This document shows, in pieces, positions 17,801-26,416 of a DNA stretch of 53,514 nt (the stretch's first letter is position 1; each line of letters begins with the position of its first letter). The stretch spans positions 1 through 53,514 of the forward strand of contig SYKE01000102.1 in assembly GCA_005798285.1 (NCBI GenBank). The letters run 5' to 3'. Under the pieces are notes generated by a model that was given only the letters and a program-made list of their open reading frames with translations, was not told the origin of the DNA and ran no database searches. The stretch comes from Actinomycetota bacterium. GTDB taxonomy: Bacteria; Armatimonadota; SYMT01. The position numbers and the translations under genes are program-made.

Positions 17801-19132
17801 TTACCCGGCGCTCCTTCTGCGCGGAGGCGCCGCTGCGTACTCGGGCAGAGTCTCCTCGAGGATTTCGTGGATGGCGGTGCGATCTTCCGGCCGAAGCGAA
17901 GGGTAACCGGCTGGGGACGTTTCCCCAGTCAGGATTTCGCGGAGTCGGCCGAGGCAGTAGCTCCGAGCCTCGTCGGGAAGGCCCTTGAAAGAGTCGGAAT
18001 AGACCAGGAAGCTGCAGGGATATCGGAAGAGCCGGGTCTTCAGGTCGAGTTCGCGGAGTGATCGACGCTTCGAGTCCCACGGTCCCCGGATCGCGAAGGT
18101 CTGGCTGAAGCTGGAACTACCGGTAATGCCGCTCCCAAGCGGGGCCTCGTCGGCGCAGAGGATCGCTTTCACGAGCGGTTCGCACACGCCTTGAATCCGA
18201 CGAGTGGTGCTCTCGGATCGGAAGGATCCGCGTCCGAGTTCCTTGTTGAGGAGCGCCTCGTAGGCCAGCGCCCGCTTCGTTTCGTAGGACGCCCGAGTCA
18301 TCAGGTTGTGGATGTCGACTTGATGGGCCATCACCATGTGCGCCACCACATCGCTGTGGGGCGTCAGGTAGGGACGGGTGTCGCAAAAGGGCGCCACCGA
18401 CGGCACGTTGGTGCTCCGGGCCTTGTCGGGGGCAGCGGCTTCCTCGGAGTTGCCGAACATCTGATTGCCGAGGTGCTTGATGTTTCCGGTGTTTCCAGTG
18501 AGATACCACCCGCCCCATCGTTCCTCGTAGGGACTCGTGGGCGTCGTGACAAAGGTTCCGGCGCTGAACGCGGGCTGGCCGTCACGCATGCTGTAGACCG
18601 AGCGCACGGTGTGCCCGGGCACGCCACGAGTGAGTCCGGACTCGTGGCATGAGAGACACTCGTAGCGCTGGCGGCTGATCTTAGGTCGCGTCGGACTCTG
18701 CTCCAGGATGTAAAAGACACCGCCGAGTTGGGGATCCGCCGTGGAGAGCTCCAGCACCGGGCCGCCCTGAACGTAGCCGACATACGTGTCGTCGTTGAAG
18801 TAGAGGGCACGCGGCGTGAACGGCGATATTCGATCGCGCTGGAAGCTGGTCTTGGAGAAGACCAGAAGCTGGCTGTTCGAGGAGATGCCGAGGGCGGTGA
18901 GGAGCGAGTCCAGATAGCCCCGCTCGCCGCGAAACTGCAGCTTCAACTGGCCCGAGTCGAGCCGCTGCTGCAGCCGCGCGATGGAGTCGGCGGGTCTGGT
19001 CTCCGAATAGCGAATCGGCGCCTCATCGCTGTCCTGCGTCGACAGGGCGGCGACGCAGAGCGGCGCGGCGAGCGCCAGAGCGCTCACACCAATCCACCAT
19101 CGCGCCGCAGCGGTCTGAATTCGGAACCCCAT
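17801..19132 (-). CDS. Secreted protein with a single CxxCH heme-binding motif
   Basis: Signal/TM segment; ECLSCH; LLVFSKTSFQ...PRALYFNDD and ERWGGWY motifs. Confidence 0.7.
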   Translation of the reverse strand: MGFRIQTAAARWWIGVSALALAAPLCVAALSTQDSDEAPIRYSETRPADSIARLQQRLDSGQLKLQFRGERGYLDSLLTALGISSNSQLLVFSKTSFQRDRISPFTPRALYFNDDTYVGYVQGGPVLELSTADPQLGGVFYILEQSPTRPKISRQRYECLSCHESGLTRGVPGHTVRSVYSMRDGQPAFSAGTFVTTPTSPYEERWGGWYLTGNTGNIKHLGNQMFGNSEEAAAPDKARSTNVPSVAPFCDTRPYLTPHSDVVAHMVMAHQVDIHNLMTRASYETKRALAYEALLNKELGRGSFRSESTTRRIQGVCEPLVKAILCADEAPLGSGITGSSSFSQTFAIRGPWDSKRRSLRELDLKTRLFRYPCSFLVYSDSFKGLPDEARSYCLGRLREILTGETSPAGYPSLRPEDRTAIHEILEETLPEYAAAPPRRRSAG

Positions 19133-19314
19133 TGTTCCCCACCTGCTCCTCAAGAGGCACGGGCCCCCGGTCTCAACTCCGAAGCTCTCTACAGAGTTAG
19201 AGTTCCCTGCGGCGAAAAATCTATCGCGATTCCATGTGGGGAATTCGAGACCGCATCTGTCGCGAGAAGTTCGCCGGTGGGCAGGCGCCTTGCTGAATAT
19301 CGAGTTCGGCGGAG

Positions 19315-19689
19315 CTACGTGGGTTCGTAGAGGCTGATCGGCATCCCGTCGGGATCGGTAAACACAGCCAACTTGATGCCCTCGCCTTCCCGTTCACAGG
19401 GCTCCACCGCGAAAGACGCCCCTTTCGCCGTGAGGTCGGCGGCCGCCGCGGAGATGTCGCTCACCTTGAAGCAAAGTTGAAGGGAGCCGGCGGGCTGGTG
19501 ATCGGGCCGATAGGGTTCTCCCGGGGTGTCCGTCGGGTGCAGCGCCAGGGTCTGGCCCCCCAGGTCGAACTCCGTCCAGTAGGGGGACTCCATGCGACAG
19601 TTGAATCCCAGAGTATCCCGGTAGAATCGCACGGAGCGACTCATGTCGGACACCATCACCATCACGATGTCGACTCGTTGGGGCAGCAT
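19315..19689 (-). CDS. VOC/glyoxalase family protein
   Basis: VSDMSRSVRFYRDTLGF...FTDPDG. Confidence 0.88.
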   Translation of the reverse strand: MLPQRVDIVMVMVSDMSRSVRFYRDTLGFNCRMESPYWTEFDLGGQTLALHPTDTPGEPYRPDHQPAGSLQLCFKVSDISAAAADLTAKGASFAVEPCEREGEGIKLAVFTDPDGMPISLYEPT

Positions 19690-19798
19690 TTGCGCGGGCC
19701 TCCCGCGGCCCGGGGCCGCGTTGTCAAACGAAGGGGTGAAACCCGCAGCGCTGGCGCTAATCTAGATTTAAGATGGGCACGCAGTCGAAAGCAGGAGC

Positions 19799-21028
19799 AT
19801 GGAAGTTTTTCAACAATTGGGGGTGGCTCTCCTGTTGGGATTGCTCGTGGGCCTGCAGCGAGAACGGGCGGGAGCGCCTCTGGCCGGATTCCGCACCTTC
19901 CCCCTCATTACGCTGCTCGGAGCCCTGTGCGGACTGCTGGGAAAGTCGTTCGGCGGCTGGTCGGTGGCCGCGGGACTGATCAGTCTGGCAATTCTCGTAC
20001 TGGTCGGAAACCTGCCGCAGGAACGTCAGTCCAACTCCGAGGGCGGCGTCACCACCGAAGTTGCCATGCTGGTGATGTTCGCGGTTGGGGCGTTCCTCAC
20101 CGTGGGACAGCCCATTGCCGCAGTGGCTGTGGGCGCTGCCGTAGCCGTGCTGCTCCAGTTCAAACCGGAGCTTCACGGATTTGTACGTCGGCTCGAGGAC
20201 GACGATGTGCGCTCGATCATGCAGTTCGTGCTCATCGCGTTCATCGTGCTCCCCGTGCTTCCCAACCAGGGGTTTGGGCCTTTTGCGGTCCTCAACCCTT
20301 ACGAAATCTGGTTCATGGTGGTCTTGATCGTTGGAATCAGCCTGGTGGGCTACCTCATCCATCGGTTTGTTGGAGACGGCGCCGGAACGCTGACCGCAGG
20401 CGTGTTGGGCGGGATCATTTCCAGCACTGCGACCACCACCAGCTATTCCCGAATGGCCAGGAAGCAGCCGCTGCAGGTTCCTTCGGCGGCGACCGTCGTC
20501 ATGATCGCCTCAACCATCGTCTATGGACGGCTCCTGATGGAGATCCGGGTGGTGGCTCCCGGGTTTCTAGCGACGGCTGCGCCAAGGATCGGTCTCATGG
20601 CCGCCGTTTCCCTCGCTGTTGCCGTTGCCATGTGGCTGCAGCGAAGCCGATTGGCGTCGGAGCAACTGAGCCCTGAGAATCCGTCAGAGTTGAAACCCGC
20701 TGTTGCGTTCGGATTGCTCTATGCAGCGGTGCTTCTGGGTGTGGCTGCCGCCAAGTCTTTTCTTGGGCAGGAAGGGCTATTCGCGATGGCGGCCATTTCC
20801 GGTCTGACCGACATGGATGCCATCACGCTCTCCACGAGCCGCCTGGTGGCCGCGGGTCAACTCGATGCTCGCCTGGGCTGGCAGATGATTGTGGTGGCCA
20901 CCATGGCGAATCTCTGCTTCAAGACCGCCCTGATCGCCAGCCTCGGACCGAGAAGTCTGGTTCAACGGGTCGGCTTGGGGTTTGGGCTGTCGTTTCTCGC
21001 CGGGGCCTTGTTGCTGATCTTCGCCTGA
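19799..21028 (+). CDS. MgtC/SapB family membrane protein with DUF4010
   Basis: GLLVGLQRE, AGFRTFPLI, GGIISSTATT, SGLTDMDAIT. Confidence 0.9.
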   Translation: MEVFQQLGVALLLGLLVGLQRERAGAPLAGFRTFPLITLLGALCGLLGKSFGGWSVAAGLISLAILVLVGNLPQERQSNSEGGVTTEVAMLVMFAVGAFLTVGQPIAAVAVGAAVAVLLQFKPELHGFVRRLEDDDVRSIMQFVLIAFIVLPVLPNQGFGPFAVLNPYEIWFMVVLIVGISLVGYLIHRFVGDGAGTLTAGVLGGIISSTATTTSYSRMARKQPLQVPSAATVVMIASTIVYGRLLMEIRVVAPGFLATAAPRIGLMAAVSLAVAVAMWLQRSRLASEQLSPENPSELKPAVAFGLLYAAVLLGVAAAKSFLGQEGLFAMAAISGLTDMDAITLSTSRLVAAGQLDARLGWQMIVVATMANLCFKTALIASLGPRSLVQRVGLGFGLSFLAGALLLIFA

Positions 21029-21171
21029 GGTCGTGTGTTGAGGGAAGGGTCTTGCGCCGGTCTCGCCTAACAGGCCATCTAGTCTGGTGGGTATGGCAGG
21101 TGAGGCCGGAATAACGGCGCGGCGGATGGCCGCGGTCGGAGTTCCGCAGCGAGATTTTGCAAGGAGCGAGC

Positions 21172-22284
21172 ATGGCGGAGCGAGTGCGGGTGGGCCTGAT
21201 TGGCTGTGGCGCCATTAGCGCGGCTTACCTGAAGATGGCTCGAAATCTGCCGATCCTCGACATCTCGGCGTGCGCCGATCTCGACGGTGATAAAGCGCGT
21301 GCACGGGCCGAAGAATTCGGCATACCGCGGGTGCTGGGAGTGGACGAGCTGATCGCCGATCCGGAGGTCGAAGTCGTGCTCAACCTCACCATCCCGAAGG
21401 CGCATGCGTCCGTCGCCGTCGCGGCGCTTGAAGCGGGCAAGCACACGTTCTCGGAGAAGCCTCTCGGCATTCGCCGGGAAGAGGGCGCCGGGGTGCTGCG
21501 AACGGGCGCCGCACTTGGCCTGCGAGTCGGTTGTGCTCCAGACACCGTACTCGGTGCAGGCATCCAGACGGCGCGGAAGGCGATCGATAACGGCCTGATC
21601 GGCCGGCCCATCGGGTTCACGGCGCACATGCTGTCTCGTGGCGTTGAGACCTGGCATCCGAATCCGCGCTTCTACTACGAAGTGGGCGGCGGACCGATGT
21701 TTGATATGGGTCCTTATTACCTGACGGCGCTCCTGAATTTGCTCGGACCGATCCGGCGAATCTGTGCGCTAACCTCAATCGCGATCCCGGTGCGCCACAT
21801 CACCAGCCAGCCGTTCGCCGGCCAGGACGTTGAGGTGGAGACTCCGGATCACCTCTGCGGTTCGATCGAGTTCCGCGATGGAGCCATCGGTACGCTGATG
21901 ACCAGCTTTGCGACCGCGCATGGCGTCTACGACCGTAAGATGCCGATTGTCGTTTACGGCACGGAGGGGACTCTCAAGGTCCCTGACCCCAACGGTTTCG
22001 ATGGACCCGTGCAGGTTCGCGGATTGAAGGACGAGGACTGGATCGACGTTCCCCACGCATTTCCGACGGGCTACGGCCGGGCCGTGGGACTCGCGGATCT
22101 GTGCCATGCGGTGCGTTCCGGTCGAGAGCACCGCTGCAGCGCGGAGCAGGCCTTTGCGGTTCTGGACGCCATGCAGGCGTTCCTGGAGTCTTCCGACGGC
22201 GGTAGGGCAGTCTCGCTGGAGTCGGAGTACGAACGTCCGAAGCCGATGGCGGTCGGACTGCCGTTCGGTCAACTCGATGACTGA
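21172..22284 (+). CDS. Gfo/Idh/MocA oxidoreductase
   Basis: GLIGCGAIS, GKHTFSEKP, GGGPMFDMGPYY. Confidence 0.92.
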   Translation: MAERVRVGLIGCGAISAAYLKMARNLPILDISACADLDGDKARARAEEFGIPRVLGVDELIADPEVEVVLNLTIPKAHASVAVAALEAGKHTFSEKPLGIRREEGAGVLRTGAALGLRVGCAPDTVLGAGIQTARKAIDNGLIGRPIGFTAHMLSRGVETWHPNPRFYYEVGGGPMFDMGPYYLTALLNLLGPIRRICALTSIAIPVRHITSQPFAGQDVEVETPDHLCGSIEFRDGAIGTLMTSFATAHGVYDRKMPIVVYGTEGTLKVPDPNGFDGPVQVRGLKDEDWIDVPHAFPTGYGRAVGLADLCHAVRSGREHRCSAEQAFAVLDAMQAFLESSDGGRAVSLESEYERPKPMAVGLPFGQLDD

Positions 22285-22354
22285 CGCGCCGCCGAGTGTC
22301 ACGTAAGTAGAACAGGTGCCTGGCCGCAAGTCGGCGGGCTAAAGGAAATCCCAC

Positions 22355-22888
22355 ATGGCTCTCTCGTTCGCCGCCCTTGAGGCCGGTCTCGCGCAGCTTC
22401 CGCCCCCCGCTGCCGATAACGGATCTGTTGCCCTCGTCGTTGTTCGACCGGGGGTCGATCGCCGCGAAACTCCCGATTGTGTGCGCCTCACAGTAGAGAG
22501 TGGCCTGGAAGGGGATCGGTGGTCCTTGCGTTCGGGGCCGGATCCTCAAAACCAGATCACCCTGATGCGATCTGATACGGCCCGGTTAATTGCCGACGGT
22601 CAGCCGTTGGAGTTGTTCGGGGACAACCTGATTGTGGAACTGGATTTGTCCGAGAGCAACCTGCCGGCGGGCACCCGGATCCGGATTGGAACTGCGCTCT
22701 GCGAGGTCACTCCGCTTCCGCATACCGGTTGTTCGAAATTTCGGGCTCGGTTCGGCGGAGACGCGCTCGAGTTCGTGAATGGCCCGGCCTACAAGGCGCT
22801 CCGGCTGCGTGGGATCCATGTTCGGGTGATTGAGCCCGGCGAGGTTTCCACCGGAGACGCGGCGACCGTCGTGAGCCGGCCCACCTGA
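22355..22888 (+). CDS. MOSC domain protein
   Basis: GLEGDRW, GDNL, IRIGTA, PHTGCSKF, LRGIHVRVI. Confidence 0.85.
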   Translation: MALSFAALEAGLAQLPPPAADNGSVALVVVRPGVDRRETPDCVRLTVESGLEGDRWSLRSGPDPQNQITLMRSDTARLIADGQPLELFGDNLIVELDLSESNLPAGTRIRIGTALCEVTPLPHTGCSKFRARFGGDALEFVNGPAYKALRLRGIHVRVIEPGEVSTGDAATVVSRPT

Positions 22889-22933
22889 CCGACGTCCGGT
22901 GTCGGTGACCCTGGAGGAGACGAGGGCAGCAAG

Positions 22934-24115
22934 CTGGAGTTCCGAGATCCGGACAGCGAACCCTACGTTCTCCCCATACACCTTCGGGGGGCTGAAGAAC
23001 TCATCCGAGGAGACGATCTCACACGTCTCGGGGCCGAACCCCATCAAGCGCTCGATCTGCTGGAGCAGGAGTGGGCAGTGGCTCACTCCTGCCATCAGGG
23101 AATCGCGGTCTCCAGTGGCACGGCAGCGCTTCATCTCATCCTCGCGGCCCTCGAGATTCCGCGCGGAGACGAGGTGCTCATACCCGCCTACGGGTGTCCC
23201 GCCGTGGATGCGGCGGTACTCACCGCCGGCCTGACTCCGGTCCACGTCGATATCGATCCCCGCTCCGGCTGCATCTCTCCCGTGGCAGTCGCATCAGCGG
23301 TCGGACCGCGCTCGGCCGCCGTTATCGCCGTTCACTTTGCCGGGGCCCCGGCGGATCTGCCGTCTCTGGATCGAATCTGCAGCCGGCGAGGTCTGGCGCT
23401 GGTGGAGGATGCCTGCCTCGCGCCCGGGGCAACATGGAAGGGGCGATCCGTCGGCTCATGGGGCGTGGCGACCGCCTTCAGCATGGGGTGGAGAAAACCG
23501 ATCTCGGTAGGGGAAGGCGGCGTCATTGTCACCCGAGACGCAATCCTCGCATCCCGAATGAGGAGACTTCGGTGTTGCGGACAGGATCCGGACTCCGGAG
23601 AACTCCGAACCGCCAGCCTCAACTTTCGCCTTTCGGGATGGTTGGCTGCGTTGGCGCTGCCCCAGCTTCGCGAACGGGATGTCCATCGCCTGCAGCGGGG
23701 AGCCCGGGCCACCGAGCTTAGCCGGCGCCTGGCCGAACTTCCCTCTGTCGAACCGCTCCACGCGCCCGACAGGTGGGAGGGGCATGCGTGGGGCCAGTAC
23801 TGGCTGCTGATCGACGGCGATTCGTGCCCGAGATCGGCGGAAGCGTTCGCTGATCTCTGCCAGGCCGCCGGGGCGCCGGTCGTTCGCGGATGGTCTACGC
23901 CAAACCGCCTGCATCCTGTTTATGCTCGAGACCGAGCCAACACCTGGCTGAAGGAGCGCGACGCCTCTCTCCCCCCGGACTGGTACGAGACCCAGGAGAC
24001 CTCGGTCGCCGATGACTTTGCGTTCCATCGAGCTTGCCTGTTGGGGTCAGACGTGCTGCGCTGTTCACGGGAACGGGTGGGCCGTATCGGAGACGCGATC
24101 CGACAGAGCCTGTAA
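22934..24115 (+). CDS. DegT/DnrJ/EryC1/StrS aminotransferase (start uncertain, CTG assumed)
   Basis: LEQEWA..., VSSGTAALHL, GDEVLIP, VEDAC, FSMGWRKPISVGEGG; coding-like frame extends upstream of the first GTG at 23078. Confidence 0.75.
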   Translation: MEFRDPDSEPYVLPIHLRGAEELIRGDDLTRLGAEPHQALDLLEQEWAVAHSCHQGIAVSSGTAALHLILAALEIPRGDEVLIPAYGCPAVDAAVLTAGLTPVHVDIDPRSGCISPVAVASAVGPRSAAVIAVHFAGAPADLPSLDRICSRRGLALVEDACLAPGATWKGRSVGSWGVATAFSMGWRKPISVGEGGVIVTRDAILASRMRRLRCCGQDPDSGELRTASLNFRLSGWLAALALPQLRERDVHRLQRGARATELSRRLAELPSVEPLHAPDRWEGHAWGQYWLLIDGDSCPRSAEAFADLCQAAGAPVVRGWSTPNRLHPVYARDRANTWLKERDASLPPDWYETQETSVADDFAFHRACLLGSDVLRCSRERVGRIGDAIRQSL

Positions 24116-24155
24116 TTGCGTTGCCAGGCACGAATCGTACTGTTCAGAACTTTTT

Positions 24156-24169
24156 GTTCTTGCAAGAAC
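24156..24169. promoter_or_regulatory. Perfect palindrome GTTCTTGCAAGAAC (candidate operator)
   Basis: 14-bp palindrome in AT-rich DNA upstream of the DUF1559 gene. Confidence 0.5.
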
Positions 24170-24279
24170 GCCTCACTTAGGTCATGTTATGGTATGCGGT
24201 CTCGATGATGAGAATCGTCACAAGCCGCGGGCAATCAAAGCGGAGCCCTCGAGCCCCGCCTTCTCGTTGGAGGCCCACC

Positions 24280-25050
24280 ATGCGTCGTCGCGCCTTTACT
24301 CTGATCGAACTCCTCGTGGTCATCGCAATCATTGCGATTCTCGCTGCCATCCTCTTCCCTGTCTTTGCCCGGGCCCGTGAAGCCGCCCGCAAGAGCAACT
24401 GCCTTTCGAACCTCAGCCAGCTCGGCAAAGGGGTTATGATGTACGCGCAGGACTATGACGAAATCCTGCCGCGCGCCTTCTTCGGAACCTGCGGCACGGC
24501 GTCCGCGGCTTCCTGGGCGGATGTGCTGGTTCCGTATGTCAAGAACGTAAAGGTCTACGACTGCCCGAGTTCCACGACTCGGATGACCTTCAATGCCGCC
24601 ACCAACACGTTCTACCGCGCCATTGGCGGCAGCCCGAACAACCCGAACGACTGTCGGACGAACGGCGCTATCCCCGGCGGAACCACGATGGACTACAACT
24701 ACGGGGTCAACAACTTTGGCGTGCCTGCCGGGCAGACCGACATCACGCTCAATGGTCCGTTCAGCAACAACATTTTGAATTTGGCCGCGATCACGTCTCC
24801 CGCCGGAGTCATCGGAATTGCGGACAGCCGTTTCTCTTCGCCGGCGGCCATCAGTGGTGGCAATGGCCCGTGGGACATCGCCTCGGTCGCGGGACAGGTG
24901 CATGCCGTGCGGCACTCCGGCGTTACGGCGACTGCAGATCCGAGTGGCGGCGTCACGGCCGCCTTCATGGATGGCCACGCCAAGTACGTGGGTCTGGGAA
25001 CTTCGGTCCGACGTCCCGGCAACATGTGGACCGTAAGCGACGCCGACTGA
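24280..25050 (+). CDS. Prepilin-type cleavage/methylation DUF1559 protein, second paralog
   Basis: [37 protein letters not shown]; RH...[13 protein letters not shown]. Confidence 0.92.
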   Translation: MRRRAFTLIELLVVIAIIAILAAILFPVFARAREAARKSNCLSNLSQLGKGVMMYAQDYDEILPRAFFGTCGTASAASWADVLVPYVKNVKVYDCPSSTTRMTFNAATNTFYRAIGGSPNNPNDCRTNGAIPGGTTMDYNYGVNNFGVPAGQTDITLNGPFSNNILNLAAITSPAGVIGIADSRFSSPAAISGGNGPWDIASVAGQVHAVRHSGVTATADPSGGVTAAFMDGHAKYVGLGTSVRRPGNMWTVSDAD

Positions 25051-25071
25051 TCGGAACCGTCTCCTCGAATG

Positions 25072-25104
25072 GGAAGGGCCGGTGTTTCTACACTGGCCCT
25101 TCTT
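25072..25104. terminator. Hairpin terminator between convergent genes
   Basis: GAAGGGCCGGTGT-TTCT-ACACTGGCCCTTC. Confidence 0.65.
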
Positions 25105-25135
25105 CACGTCTGTGTGTGTTCCAACGGCTCTCGTG

Positions 25136-26218
25136 TCACCGCGGAGGCTGAGCCGTGGTGCACCCCGCCACAAGCGTTGGAACGATCAAAGTCATTGAGC
25201 GCCGAACCCCATTCGGGTCAGATTCCAGAAATTGCAGGGCTCGTCGAAGCTGGATGTCGACATGCTGGTCCACCGTCGTGAGAGGGGTGGGGCCATCCTG
25301 GAACTCCGGCAGCGCATCGTAACCGATGACTGAGACCTGTTCGGGCACCGGGATGCCTGCGGCCGTGAGGACGCGGATGAGCAGATCCGCCTCCCGATCG
25401 TTCCATGCCGCCACTGCGGTGGGCGCCTCCGGCGTGGAGAAGAACTCTGCCGCCTCTGCGGGATGGTTCCGCCAGAGTTCAAATTGATCCGCCGAGATTC
25501 GCTGAGAGTTCACGCTTGAACCCCGGGAGTTCGCCTCGTGGAGTGCGCGCAGGTGGCCCCTCCAGCGCTCGGTCCGAGGCAGTAATGCCTCTCCGCTCGA
25601 GCGCAGGAAAGCAATTCGGCGGTGTCCCAGTGCGAAGAGGTGGTTGGTAGCTAGCCAGCCTCCATGTTCGTGGTCGCCGCTGACGCAGGACGCCTCCAGG
25701 GACACCCCGGCGGGCGGCGCGCCGACCACCACGGCGCGCTGTCCGCGTGCCAGGAGCGCTCGCACCACCGGCTCCAGGCTGTAGTTCAAAGCCAGGAAGC
25801 CCAGCGGTGGAATCTCTTCAAGGGGGAGGGGCTCTGACCCGTCACCGGACACGTGCGGAGTGATGAGCGAAAACCCAAGGGACTCTGCCAGGAGGGAGAG
25901 CCGGTCGAGGCAGTGCCGATAGAACGGCGTCGGATCTCCCGATACCACGAGCGCCGCCACCAATCCCTCCACTGCCGTTGTGGGGTGGATCCCGCTTGAG
26001 GGAGCGGCGACGAAGGTGCCGGCGCCGCGCCGGCGGATGAGGCGTCCCTCACGCGTCAGATCATCGAGAGACCGCAGGACCGTCCGATCGGACACGCCGT
26101 ACTGGCGCATCAGTTCGGTTTGAGACGGAAAGCGATCGCCCGGCTGAAGCGTGCGGAGGAGCTCCTCCAGCGTCCGGGTGAGCTGAGCGTGTTTGGTTGC
26201 CGAACGGACAGGATTCAT
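25136..26218 (-). CDS. GntR wHTH + LacI-type ligand-binding regulator (AraR-like)
   Basis: PGDRFPSQTELMRQYGVS..TV...RRRGAGTFV; GHRRIAF, VPEQVSVIGYD, LTTV. Confidence 0.9.
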   Translation of the reverse strand: MNPVRSATKHAQLTRTLEELLRTLQPGDRFPSQTELMRQYGVSDRTVLRSLDDLTREGRLIRRRGAGTFVAAPSSGIHPTTAVEGLVAALVVSGDPTPFYRHCLDRLSLLAESLGFSLITPHVSGDGSEPLPLEEIPPLGFLALNYSLEPVVRALLARGQRAVVVGAPPAGVSLEASCVSGDHEHGGWLATNHLFALGHRRIAFLRSSGEALLPRTERWRGHLRALHEANSRGSSVNSQRISADQFELWRNHPAEAAEFFSTPEAPTAVAAWNDREADLLIRVLTAAGIPVPEQVSVIGYDALPEFQDGPTPLTTVDQHVDIQLRRALQFLESDPNGVRRSMTLIVPTLVAGCTTAQPPR

Positions 26219-26302
26219 CGATGGGCCGTGTCTCGGTGGCTTGGAGCAACCTGAAATGCGGAGTTCAGCTTCCTGAAAACCGATCCGGGAGAAGTATGAA
26301 CC

Positions 26303-26336
26303 ACTTGCAAGTAATTTGGAAGTTACTTCTAAGAAA
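26303..26336. promoter_or_regulatory. Candidate autoregulatory operator: ACTTGCAAGT palindrome plus 11-bp repeats
   Basis: TTGCAAGTAAT/TTGGAAGTTAC/TTCTAAGAAAC upstream of the regulator. Confidence 0.5.
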
Positions 26337-26343
26337 CCCTCTT

Positions 26344-26388
26344 CATGCAAAACGGCCGGCGCCCGAAGGGCGCCGGCCGTTTTGCATG
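26344..26388 (-). terminator. Long perfect hairpin (21-bp stem), likely terminator
   Basis: CATGCAAAACGGCCGGCGCCC-GAA-GGGCGCCGGCCGTTTTGCATG. Confidence 0.75.
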
Positions 26389-26416
26389 GCCGGAGAGCGA
26401 TTCTCGGCTCGACAGG

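Noticed and set aside
22886-22920. Selenocysteine codon with SECIS
   Set aside because: The TGA is at the natural MOSC C-terminus, not at a Cys-equivalent position, and the hairpin geometry does not fit a bacterial SECIS
24140-24170. LexA SOS box
   Set aside because: Spacing is GAAC-N5-GTTC, not the canonical N4, and the downstream gene is not SOS-like
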